DNA of 64,000 nucleotides from assembly GCA_016839555.1 (NCBI GenBank), contig JAEOUA010000008.1:160001-224000 (forward strand). Direction: 5' to 3'. Positions 41,522-52,655 of this stretch are shown here, piece by piece. Numbering within the stretch: the stretch's first letter is position 1; the number at the start of each line of letters is the position of its first letter. The notes under the pieces were generated by a model. It ran no database searches, was not told where the DNA came from, and saw nothing but the letters and a program-made list of their open reading frames with translations. Source of the DNA: Promethearchaeota archaeon. Lineage in GTDB: Archaea > Asgardarchaeota > Lokiarchaeia > Sigyniarchaeales > SOKP01. The position numbers and the translations under genes were made by a program.

Positions 41522-44374
41522 TTAAAAAAATTTCTCATCGTATTTATTAAATCGTCTTTTTATGGCAGATCTTCCTCCTTCCAATTTTAGAATGGAATCA
41601 ATACAACTCTCAAATCCTCCATATTTCTCAATCTCCCCAACTTCTCTATCTTCTTTCGGTCGGGTTTCTAAATGGTATAGGAGGTCCACATCTCCCAGTG
41701 TGGGGATATTAGGATTATGAGTTGCTACGATGATTTGTCTTTTTTGTTTCACGTCTAACAAATATTTTGAAAATTTCCTTATTGATTCTTGATCTAGCTC
41801 AGAATCCGCTTGATCTATTAGAAATGGAATTCTCTCTTCTAAAAGCATGATATATAGCAGAATAGCGCATCTTTCACCTATAGATACTTTACTTATATGA
41901 TAATGCCTGCTTAAGCCGCTCCTTCTATACGAAATCACGGGTTTTGAATCGATGTATGTTTTAAATAGTTCTATTAATGAATTATCGAATCTCTTTGGGG
42001 TATCATCATTTTTTATCAGTTCTTTTAATTTGTTTATCAAGACATGGTATTTCGACGGTATAATTTGCGATATTTGTTTTGCGTGTTTATTAATTATATC
42101 ATTTATAAGCTCAAAAGGTAAAAATTTATTGTGTATGATTTTTAATACTTCTTTTTTACCTCCTGAGTGAAATTTTTTTAACCAGTTGTAATATAGACTC
42201 TGTTTAAGATTTTTTGGTCTTGCTTTCATTCTTATTTTTGCTTTAATCTCCCATTCATTAATTCTTCTTTCAATGTTTTTTACAGCCTTTCGTCTTTTTA
42301 TCCGTATTTCAAGTGTTGTGTCAAATACTTTCTTGGCTAATTCATATAATTTTGTTTCCAGGATTCGTATATTTCTTTTAATCTTTGCAAAACTTTTTAA
42401 ATCTTCTTTCAATTCTTTCTTGATATCTTTTAGATTCAATACATCTTCTTGAAGCTTCAAAAGATACTTTATATCATACATTTCTAATATATCTTCGTAT
42501 TCCTTATTTTTTTTACCATAAAATAAATTCCATTCATTTAATAAGTCTTCATAATCTTTTTTAATTCTATTCTTTTTAATCGATAATATTTCCTTTATTT
42601 TATTTTGAAGTTGAATAATATTCTCATAAAAGTTATTAAATTTATTGATTAATTTATTGATCTCCTTTTTAAAATCCGAATTAATTGAGGAAAATGCATC
42701 AGCCTTAAAACTTAGATTTAAGTTCGATATTAATCGTTCAATCCAGTCATTTATTTTTATTTTTCTACTGTTTAATTCTGAATTAAATGAGATTAATGAT
42801 TCATATTTGTCTAAATTGAGTTTTTTCAGGATTTTTGTATGGGTTTCTTTTTTTTTTATTCTTTCGTTAATATCATAAATATTATTCTTGACCTCTTGTA
42901 GATTATCAAACTCATTATATTTCTCAGCCAATATCTTTTGCATTTTGGAGATTTCAGCAATAATATTATTCCTTTCCTTTTTTTCTGAAAAATCTTCTAT
43001 AAACTTGTCAACAATGTTTAATAGAGAACTGGTTTTTTTATGTAATCGAGGGATTTCAGTTTGACTCAAAGCTTCTATTTGTATGTTTTTTATAATTTCT
43101 TCTTGTTCTATTTCATAAAAAGTTCCTTGAGGGCTTAACTTATAAAATTCTCTTATAACATCATTTTCCCATTGTATTTCTTTAGTATCTTCTTGAATTA
43201 ATAATGTATTACTAATAGCAATAATATCATCATTGTCTTTGATAAATATTACTACTTTACCTTCATTTCCTAATTGCATCAAGATTTTGTTATTAAAGAT
43301 ATCTAAACATTCTTTATCCTCCGTAATGGACATTAATCCGAATCTTATGATATCAACAATGAATGATTTACCTGTGCCACGCCCCCCGATCAATACATTT
43401 AATTCGGGATTAAATCTAAAATATTTTTCTTTAAAGAACAATCCATTTACATAAAACCCAACTATGTATGGATTTTCGCGAACCCCGTCTAGAGCCGTTT
43501 TTACCCTTGTTTCAAAATCATATTCAATCTGTTTTAATCCTGTAATATTTTTTTCAGAAAGTTTCAAATATACGGTACCAATATTACAATACTCATATAA
43601 TGGGCAGGAAGGGCAAATTGAGTAAATTTTATCAAGAAGTGATGTATCGTGTGCATCTGAGGCTTTTATCTTTGCAAGGTTTCTAAGCTCTTCTATGTCA
43701 TGGAATTTCTGTGGTGTTTCTGTAAAGGTTTTCGGACAATTTTTATGTGGATTTAGACTTTTTGCTCCTATTGATGGTTTTCCTAAATTCCATAATCTTG
43801 TTAAAGGGCTTTTAACATATGTGATTAATGCCTCTCCTGTGACGTTTTTTGTAATTCCCTCTTCTCCTAGAGGATGAGGAAAGAATCCTATTACCTAATA
43901 ATTTGAAAAATCCTTTCTGAAATCATCTTTATTTCCCGATAAGCTTTTGTCTATTATATCCCCGTGATCTTTATTATTTTCATTAGGTTGGTCTTTCTTC
44001 CTTCCTATAGCACCTAGTAAATTACTAATATTTGATTCTGAAATATTTTGACCGTTAAAGATTATTGAAAAATGAGTATTTGATGAATCCTTCAATTCTA
44101 TACAAGGGAGAAATGTTATATCCGTATCGCGTTTTGTATTTAAGTTATTAAGAATTTCAATACCGCTTTTCAAATCCTTTAAATCCTTTTGCCTATGGAC
44201 CGTTAGACCAACGAGTTGAATTTTATGTTTTATTAGAATGTCGTATAGATCATTGCAATAATCTCCAATTGGAGTTTGTTCAGGTATCTCGAAATGTAAA
44301 TGTAAATCTGACTTATAAAATTGAGAGCCAATATGTTGCTCTATTAAATTTTTATAAACTTCTTCAATTTGCAT
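41522..44374 (-). pseudogene. PHP + SMC-like/ABC ATPase (TrlF/Ppl-like) interrupted by one in-frame TAG
   Basis: FYKSDLHLH, FPHP and ASDAH PHP motifs; GGRGTGKS, SIGE, IDQAD, ATHN, LEGG; single frame with TAG at 43895-43897. Confidence 0.85.
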
Positions 44375-44849
44375 AGTGTCACTTTTGCTTTTAGATATTT
44401 TATTAAAAAGTATATTAAATATAAAAATCTAATGGTCTATTAGTCTTTTAAAATAGATTCTCTGTTTTCTATTATTCATTTCCAAAGCTAAAATTAAATA
44501 ATTTATTATTAAGAAAAATTTCCCTACTATATATATTCTTGATATTAATGTTGATTATGTATTTATTAATTAACTTAGTAGATATTTAAAAAGAAACTAA
44601 ATGTCAGATTAGCTTTATCTTGATTTTCCTATTTATTTTGTGAGATGAAAATAAGAATAGAATCGCAGTTTCCCTATATAATTATGAAAGCGTTAGAAGG
44701 AGTTGTATTGCAGATCCCTCTTTCATTATATGCGTTCATAGCTTATAATACTAAGTAACGAAAAAATGGGGAAAAAGATATATTTCTAAAGTGTGTATTA
44801 TAAGTCAAGAAAGAAATATTAGAAATAAAAATCTACTTAAAGAATAATA

Positions 44850-45821
44850 ATGATATTAACTGCCCCAAGAGACAAGACAAAAAAAAGACTTTTCGCTGTT
44901 TCGGGTAATAAATGCTATTTCCCTAACTGTAATACTCCACTAGTTGATTTAGAGAGTGGAACTGTAACTGGAGAAATTTGCCATATTAAAGGTAAAAAAC
45001 CAGATTCTCCAAGGTAAGATCCCAACCAATCTGATGAGGAAAGACACGGATTTAACAACCTTATCCTTATGTGTGGATTTCACCATAAAGTAATAGATGA
45101 TGATCCAGATTCGTACACAGTTTCTCGATTGTTGGATATAAAGAAAACTCATGAACAATCAAACATTAGGGGTAAAGAACTAAGCGATAATGCTACTAAT
45201 TTATTTATAAAAAATGTTACTGACGATTCTATAATCTTTACACAGGATCAGAAAGGAGGGCAAGTCGCACATTCAATAATTAATATTAATTATAAGAATC
45301 GAGATAATATTGATAAAGAGAATAAGGATCGTTTAAAACAAGAAATAGTCAGAACCTTTGAAGAGGGTGATCTTCGATCATTTTATGCTTCAATTTTTGA
45401 TTTTGGGTTTAAGGAAATAACTAGAATCTTACAATGGATTGTAATTGAATCGTATGATGCATATAATGACGGTGTTAATATAGTTCAATTAGTAATTGAT
45501 AAGGGTGATAGAAGAGATGAAAAAGTGGGGGATATGATATTTCACAGGGGTATTGAAAAATATGAGATTCAATTTAGTCCAACAACTTGCCAAATTTTTT
45601 TTGATGTCCGACAATTTTCATGGTTTAATAAAGAGGGTAAAATAATTTTTGCTGGCGGATGGGATAGCCAATATTATGGTAGTTTGATGATGATGTATTT
45701 TAACAACCAAACGCAAAGATATGGATGGCATTCGGTTGAAAGACCTGATATTGAAGATCGAAGTGAAGAAGCAAGGAATAATATACTCATATATTTGAAA
45801 GAAAAATTAGGTGTAAATTGA
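44850..45821 (+). pseudogene. HNH endonuclease-domain protein with premature TAA
   Basis: ATG 44850: KRLFAVSGNKCYFPNC..EICHI..PR*DPNQ..NLILMCGFHHKVID; TAA at 45015-45017 where the paralogue has TAT. Confidence 0.88.
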
Positions 45822-45947
45822 ATGAGATTTTATTAACGATAAATTATCTGAAAAAATTGAATAGATATTATTTATTATTGGATATTATGGTAAGTATTAA
45901 TGATCTAATTGTTAGAAAAGTAATTTGGGAAAACTATAAAATATCTT

Positions 45948-46601
45948 TTACCTAGCTCGATTGAAGATGTTAATTTCCCATCCATATTGAGATAACATTT
46001 GTTCTAGCATTTCTTCCACTTCTAAAGGAATCTTAAAGATATTACAAATATAATGGACAAACCTTCCTCTTATTATTTCAAGTTCTTTGTCTTTAATTTC
46101 AATTTTCTTGGAATTTCTATATATATCACCTTCAATCAGTATTTTATCAATTTGGTTTTTATTATTATTAAAGTGTTCTGCTAAGATTTTAAGATCTAAA
46201 TCAGGATTAACTAATTTTCTTTCATTCTTTAAAATCCATTCAAAAGAATAACATCCAATATAATCTACTACAATACTATGGGGTAATCCTATATGTAAAC
46301 CTCTTGTTGGTTTAAAATTTCCTGCATTTGCTATAATCTCCTTATTCTCGTCACATATCTTATCCAACAATGAATTAATTTGGAGCAATTTTTTAACTTT
46401 TTTATATCTAATTGCGATTTTAATATGCGGATCAAATTTTGGAGGGTAAAAATAATAAGTAAAGTAGCACCCATATACACATTCTTCTGTTTTTAATTTA
46501 CGAAGAAATTTATATATAACTGCTCCAAATTTATCTAAACCTTGCCTCGTATTTTTCGGATATGTGAAAATATCTCTATGTTGCAGATCGCCAAGCTCCA
46601 T
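45948..46601 (-). CDS. Hypothetical protein
   Basis: 217-aa ORF. Confidence 0.65.
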   Translation of the reverse strand: MELGDLQHRDIFTYPKNTRQGLDKFGAVIYKFLRKLKTEECVYGCYFTYYFYPPKFDPHIKIAIRYKKVKKLLQINSLLDKICDENKEIIANAGNFKPTRGLHIGLPHSIVVDYIGCYSFEWILKNERKLVNPDLDLKILAEHFNNNKNQIDKILIEGDIYRNSKKIEIKDKELEIIRGRFVHYICNIFKIPLEVEEMLEQMLSQYGWEINIFNRAR

Positions 46602-46958
46602 CTTAATTTGTCAATAATAATATTACATTATAACATATATACTTTAAGATTTATATTCTATACTATTTTAGAATCAAAAATATCTAATACTTCATCGAAA
46701 CTTTTACCGCTTAACTCTTGTATCTTTTGATTTCTATTGAAATGTCTTTCAGGATTAAACATCAATCCAATGTTTTGAGTCCTATCGAATCTTACCTCCT
46801 TTATTATATAAATTATTATTTCTTTAACCTATAATACACACAATAGAAATATATTTTTATGTAACAAATAATGAATTAATAGAGAATTATATAATTCAAA
46901 TTAATAGATAGTAATTAGACTAAAATAATTAAAATAAAAAACAAAATAGGGATAAGCT

Positions 46959-48449
46959 GTGGAACCATCCATAACTAAAGTTTATAAAGCGCTAAAAGAT
47001 TCTTATAAATATATTGATTACCGTTGTGCATACTTTAAAGAAGGTAATGAATGGATAAGTATAGTGTCTGCTTTTAGATTCACACGTAAAGAATATGATA
47101 AATTAAATGAGTATCACGAAAGATTAAGGAAAATAACACATAATACAGAATGGTTTAAAATTAAATTTGAAATCTTAAACATTAAAGAATGGAGAGCAAA
47201 ATGGGAAGAAACTAAGAAAGAAGTTAACTTTTTAGAAGATAATTTTGATCTCAATTCATTAGACTTATTCATAAATATGGAGTATAATTCACATCCTCCA
47301 ATAACAAAAATTGATAGAAAATTTAATACAATTCAATTTAATGTTCGCTCCGCAAGGTATGAAGAACATCAAAAAAGGCTTGAATCTTTAAAGGAAAAAA
47401 AGGAATTAAGGAGTATGGGAGTCACATCTGTATATCCAATCATTAAAAATACTTTACAAATTGATTTTAATAAAACTTCACAAATATTCTCCATTTTCCT
47501 TTTTCCAATTTATATTAAATTTAAAGATGTTAAGTATAGGGGAGATAATCTTTCAGGTGAAATTGAATATCATAAGCTTTTTTCTAACTCTAACCTTATA
47601 GTTAAACATGATTTAAGAGGGACTAACGAAGGAATTATAAAAAATCTAAGATTGGAAGAAAAAATAAATTTAGATCAAGATTATTACACTACTCAATTCG
47701 ATATTAAAATCGATAAAGAATTACATCAAATCGAAGAAAATTTTTCTCAATTCATATTTAGCATTTACTTAAGCCCTTTAAATATGGAATTAACAGACTA
47801 TAAAATATTTGCTTATGATTCAGAACGGACTCAAGAGAAAAGAATATATGAGGAAGAAATAAAAAGTGTCGAGATCCTTAAGGAATCTCAAGATTTATTC
47901 ATTAAACTAAATATTAAGGACTTTCAATTATCTGAATATGATGAACTCATCAATTTAATTAATAGATCTGCTTATAATGACAAATACTATAGAATCCTCC
48001 CAATCTTACTCAGATGCCTTTTTGAAAACCTTTTATATGATATTTTTCAAACAGGTCTTAATGTAAAGCACACTGAATTTTTCTTTCTAAAAAACCAATA
48101 TAGATCAAGGGACTTTTCTCAGTTAATCGCACTATTAAATATTTTGAAGGATAAGGATTTTAAATTATATCATAGAGATACTCTTAACCAGAATATGATA
48201 GAAACTTTAAAAGAAATCCAAAAGTTTGGTAATTGGAGTGTTCACGATATTATAAGGCAAGTAGATAGAGATTTTGCTGACAATTGCGAACAAAAAGTAA
48301 ATAGAGTGTTATTAGCACTTTTAACATTATATAAGAAACTACAAGGTAAAAATTTAGAAATAAAGGATGAAGACACACTTAATAGAATTAAAAAAACCCT
48401 TAATCTTGTCAATCTTGATGATTCATTTAAATCCAAAATTACAAGATAG
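46959..48449 (+). CDS. Hypothetical protein with HEPN-like C-terminal domain
   Basis: ILLRCLFENLL and IQKFGNWSVH resemble DUF4145-type HEPN helices. Confidence 0.6.
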   Translation: MEPSITKVYKALKDSYKYIDYRCAYFKEGNEWISIVSAFRFTRKEYDKLNEYHERLRKITHNTEWFKIKFEILNIKEWRAKWEETKKEVNFLEDNFDLNSLDLFINMEYNSHPPITKIDRKFNTIQFNVRSARYEEHQKRLESLKEKKELRSMGVTSVYPIIKNTLQIDFNKTSQIFSIFLFPIYIKFKDVKYRGDNLSGEIEYHKLFSNSNLIVKHDLRGTNEGIIKNLRLEEKINLDQDYYTTQFDIKIDKELHQIEENFSQFIFSIYLSPLNMELTDYKIFAYDSERTQEKRIYEEEIKSVEILKESQDLFIKLNIKDFQLSEYDELINLINRSAYNDKYYRILPILLRCLFENLLYDIFQTGLNVKHTEFFFLKNQYRSRDFSQLIALLNILKDKDFKLYHRDTLNQNMIETLKEIQKFGNWSVHDIIRQVDRDFADNCEQKVNRVLLALLTLYKKLQGKNLEIKDEDTLNRIKKTLNLVNLDDSFKSKITR

Positions 48450-49823
48450 AAGATAATAATTCAAGAGGATATTACACCTATTGATGAGAAAAGTGTAATT
48501 AAGTCTCTTCAACCTGATAAGGCAGCTGATGATGAAATAAAATTAGAGTGTAATATTCAAAAAAGTAATTGGAATAAAATAAAGACATATTTACAAAATC
48601 ACATAAATAATCTTTTTAATGAGAAGGAATATTATCAATTTGCAATATCTTCACTTGCTCGGATCTCGTGTGCCGTGTATTTGGGATATCTCCTTACAAA
48701 TCGTGTTAAAATTAGATATTCTCAATATCAAAGTGATTCACAGGTCTGGAATTGGTTAAAGGCTTTAGATAATTTAGACTTACCTAAATTACATACTTCG
48801 GGCTTGATAAAGAAAGAAAAGAGCAAGATTAACGAAATTATTATAAAAATATCTCTTTCAGCGAAAATTTTAGATGACCAAATCAACGAATTAGAATTGG
48901 ATATAAGAGATAAGATTGAAATTACTATAGATAACCCTTCGGAAGATTGGCTTAAATCAGAGAGTCAAATAGTTGATCTCGGTAAGTCATTTAGGGAAAT
49001 CCTAACCAATCTAAGGATAAATACTCCTAACTTAAATAAGATTCATTTATTCTATGCCGATCCAACTGCAGGTGCGATTGTGATAGGAAGACAAATCAAT
49101 CCTAGTATGAATCCCATAGTTCAACTCTATGAGTTTGATAGAAAAAAAGTTCCTAATTATCAAAAAATTCGAGATCAACTCGAAAAACCAACTGTTTATT
49201 ATGCAGGCTCTTTTCGAAAGAAAACTATGATTAATGTTAGTTATGATCTTGACATTATCCTATATTGGTCATCAAAGGCTTCCAGTACAATTAAAGAGTT
49301 TTATACTAAAGTTGGTATGGAGTTACAAAGGAATTGGAAAAGATTACGAGCAAAAAAAGTTGGATGGGAAATAGTTTTTAAAGGGGATTTTCATATTGAT
49401 GTAATATCAGGTAAAAGAAAGCATAAGAGTTATCGGGAAGCTTATTTATATAATCGAGAGATTGATGGAAAGTTTCTAACAAGCATAAATAAGCAAGTGA
49501 ATTATATAAAACGCCGTCGGCGAGGTGATGTTATCAAATTAATCAAACTATGGAAAAAAAGAAAATAAGTTCCTATTAAAACTTTTATATTAGAACTAAT
49601 GGTTGTTCGAGGGTGTAAAGATTTGCCTCGTAAAGAACTTGAACCTCAATTAGGAGGAGCACTTAAATATATATCAGATAATATTACTAAAATTAGACTT
49701 GAAGACCCAGCTAATCCTCAAAATATTATTTCAGACGATCTAACGAAGGAGGAAAAGAATCGTATTAGAAACCTTGCAAATCAAGCTTTAAATGCTAAAA
49801 ATTGGAATCAAGTGTTTTTTTAA
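48450..49823 (+). pseudogene. CBASS remnant: SAVED domain fused in frame to an N-truncated CD-NTase, with premature TAA
   Basis: SAVED: LA.I..VYLGYLL..YSQY..W.W, IHLFYA.P..AI.IGRQIN..VQLYEF; CD-NTase: GSFRKKT..YDLDI, IDVI, LIKLWK, LEDPANP.N; TAA at 49566-49568 with the frame continuing. Confidence 0.85.
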
Positions 49824-49879
49824 TTACTAGAAAAGTTGCGATGCAACCCCTTTTATTACTTTCTTAATTATGCAAAAGG

Positions 49880-51898
49880 TTAAATTTCCTCTATTTTCTC
49901 TTTTGGTTTATAGGTAATTTCATAAAAATAAAGAAATTGGATTAAATCATCTTTATTGAAAGGTATAAATCGTTTATTAGTTGCTTTACATAAATTTAAA
50001 GCTTCTGAAATAAAATTATGTGAAGTCGGTTTGTTATTAGCAAAAAAAATTATTTTTACTGTATTTCTTTGAGTTAATTTATTAACTTGGATAGAAGCAT
50101 TGTTATATTGGTTTTGTGTATTCAGATTAGTTGCTTTTAAAACTATGGCTTTTCCTTCATTTTCAGAGATCCAATAGCAATCTGCTAATTCTTCGGCACA
50201 ATGTGGTAATACTTCTTTTCCTAAAGGAAAAGAAAAAAGTTTAGTAAGACATATTTTATTGGGATATTTCCAACATTCTTCACAATCTTTAGCAGTAATT
50301 TCTTTACCACACTTTTCTTTTAATTTTTCAATCTTTTCTTGAATAATCGAATACTTTTTTGGACCAATTTCTTTTATAAACGATTTTTGTGTCTTTAAAA
50401 AATTAAAGTATTTCTTTTTTATTTTCTCATCTTCTAAATCTAGATACTCTAATTTTACAGATTGATAAAAAGGATTTTTGTATTCCACTCTATTTAGCTC
50501 ATTGTCAAGAGGGCATAACTCAGGATCTCCGCACCATTGGATTTTAATTACAAATTCTCCTTGGTTAAGGTTTATAATCTCTTTTCTCAACCCCTCTGAA
50601 GGAACATCATATCGATTTCCATTAATTAACGTTTTACAACGGAAGGAAGTTAAATATTGTTCATCAACATCCCATTTAAATTCAATATATTTTTTTCCTT
50701 CAATTTCTTCAAATTTAGGTTCTGGAAACTGAAAAGATTTAACAGGAAAAACAATTGTAAAATTTGGCTGATCTAGAACATTAAGGTTTATGCCCATAAA
50801 ATTATTAACTTTATCCGTTATATCAATCAAGGAGCCCCCTTCACCCTGAAATTCAATATTCTCAAAATCTCGATGTGAAAATTTCATATCATGATATTGA
50901 TCTAAATGGTCAAAGAAAATAAAGTTGATTAGATCAGCGCATAATATTCTTGCATAATCAAAATTTCCCCTTATTTTCTCCTTAAATTTTTTATTAAAAA
51001 AATAAGGTGGGACAGAGTAAACAAATTCAAGTATATAGTTATTAAAATTATATATTAGAAATGGATTGATTTCTAGCTTATTTTCTAAATCATTAAAGGA
51101 TAAAATCTCTTCAAATAAGCCAATCCGATTGTGTTTTGAAAAAATAGGTTCTTTCTGTTCAAGATCAGCATCAGTAAAATCAATTCTAAAATATAAAATC
51201 TCATTTATGCCATAATATTCTGAAGGTTTATTTATCCCATTTGGATTATAAGCCACTATTCTTACACGATTATTATTATAAGGCTCAAATAGAAATGATT
51301 CTTTAGTATCATTAGCTAGTTTTAATAATGTCTTGAAATTCCAATATGGACAAAAGGATGAAAATATCTCTCTTCCTTTACTCGTTAAATCAATAGTAAC
51401 TATGGTTCCCGCTAATAAATCAGTAGAACGATAGATCAAATCCAAATCTTCGAGTAATGCTAATAAAAAATTTGCCTTATAATCAGGTCTAATAGGAATA
51501 AGATTAAAAAATGTATCATCAAATGGATCTCCTATATGCTTCTTATGGTATTCTTCAATATAATTGAGTAATTTACATAATAAAATAATGTAATTTAGTT
51601 TATGTTCAATAAACTTTTCATAATAAATATAGGTCTTTAATCTAAGTCCATTATTGATTGTTAAATCTTTTTTTTCAAGTCGTTCCAAACCAATTTTTAA
51701 TTGATCATTGATTTCTAACTTTTTTGGTTTGGGAATCTTAAGTGTCCTTAAAGAATGATGAAGATATTGCAAATTTTTTAAAAATTTCTCACAATAGACC
51801 TTGATTACTTCTATTTCCTCTTTTATAAAATCATCAATTTCAAATTCAAAAATAGTTTTGGGCTCAAAAATAGAATCTATATGATTTTTAAAATCCAT
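49880..51898 (-). CDS. Hypothetical protein, possible C-terminal Cys-associated restriction-endonuclease-like domain
   Basis: CEEC..CL..PH..EELAD..AIVLK; defence-island context. Confidence 0.6.
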   Translation of the reverse strand: MDFKNHIDSIFEPKTIFEFEIDDFIKEEIEVIKVYCEKFLKNLQYLHHSLRTLKIPKPKKLEINDQLKIGLERLEKKDLTINNGLRLKTYIYYEKFIEHKLNYIILLCKLLNYIEEYHKKHIGDPFDDTFFNLIPIRPDYKANFLLALLEDLDLIYRSTDLLAGTIVTIDLTSKGREIFSSFCPYWNFKTLLKLANDTKESFLFEPYNNNRVRIVAYNPNGINKPSEYYGINEILYFRIDFTDADLEQKEPIFSKHNRIGLFEEILSFNDLENKLEINPFLIYNFNNYILEFVYSVPPYFFNKKFKEKIRGNFDYARILCADLINFIFFDHLDQYHDMKFSHRDFENIEFQGEGGSLIDITDKVNNFMGINLNVLDQPNFTIVFPVKSFQFPEPKFEEIEGKKYIEFKWDVDEQYLTSFRCKTLINGNRYDVPSEGLRKEIINLNQGEFVIKIQWCGDPELCPLDNELNRVEYKNPFYQSVKLEYLDLEDEKIKKKYFNFLKTQKSFIKEIGPKKYSIIQEKIEKLKEKCGKEITAKDCEECWKYPNKICLTKLFSFPLGKEVLPHCAEELADCYWISENEGKAIVLKATNLNTQNQYNNASIQVNKLTQRNTVKIIFFANNKPTSHNFISEALNLCKATNKRFIPFNKDDLIQFLYFYEITYKPKEKIEEI

Positions 51899-52312
51899 TT
51901 TCTTCTAAAACTTTTATTCATTATGAATAATTTAAAACTAAAAGTTATATAGAGTTAATTAATAAATTCATAATAATTCATTTTATTAAAATTATAGTTT
52001 CCATCCTAACAATAAAATTAATTTAGTTGCTGCACCTTTTATGAGTTTTGAGACAGAACAAAAAAATATGGAAAGACTACTTTAAAGTCGCTTAATTCTT
52101 TTTTATTACCTACTAAGCAAGAAATTCAAATGACTGATTGTGGAGAATATATTTTTTTCTTGGATGCATTACAGGGAATAGATGCATTACTTTAGATGCC
52201 GATTTTTAGGAAAGGAATTACTGCTACATCTTTTGAGGCGCCTAATGTATCCCATAAGTCTTTTATAATAGAGGGAAATATTACTCATAGTTCACTTTGA
52301 AGTCCAGTTCTT

Positions 52313-52597
52313 TTGCTTAAGAAAACATTCATGAGTAACCGAGTCTTGCTTTTAGTAGTATTGACAGAAAGATTGAAGATCTTTAAACCTATATATGAAG
52401 ATAAAGAATATTTTGGTTCAGAATCAAATCAAGAGGATAAAACCGAATTATTAAGAGAATATAATGATTTGGATGTTGTTATTAATTCACAATTAATTCC
52501 CGAATTATTAAAAAAATCTATATCCGTTTACATAGAAAGAGGTAATTTTTCAAATATTAGCAAAAAAGATTTGGAATTATTTTATAATTCTGATTAA
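52313..52597 (+). pseudogene. Probable 3' remnant of a decayed gene
   Basis: Weak start, coding-like but broken upstream DNA; 3' end duplicated at 38097-38149. Confidence 0.45.
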
Positions 52598-52655
52598 ATT
52601 AACTAATGGATTTTAGTTGAAAATTATAAAAGTTGTGAGAAATAAATTATATTTT

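Noticed and set aside
43895-43897. Genome-wide TAG reassignment (pyrrolysine or alternative code)
   Set aside because: TAG ends apparently complete genes (e.g. 9940, 10333, 20241, 56722), internal TAA stops also occur, and no pyl genes are visible
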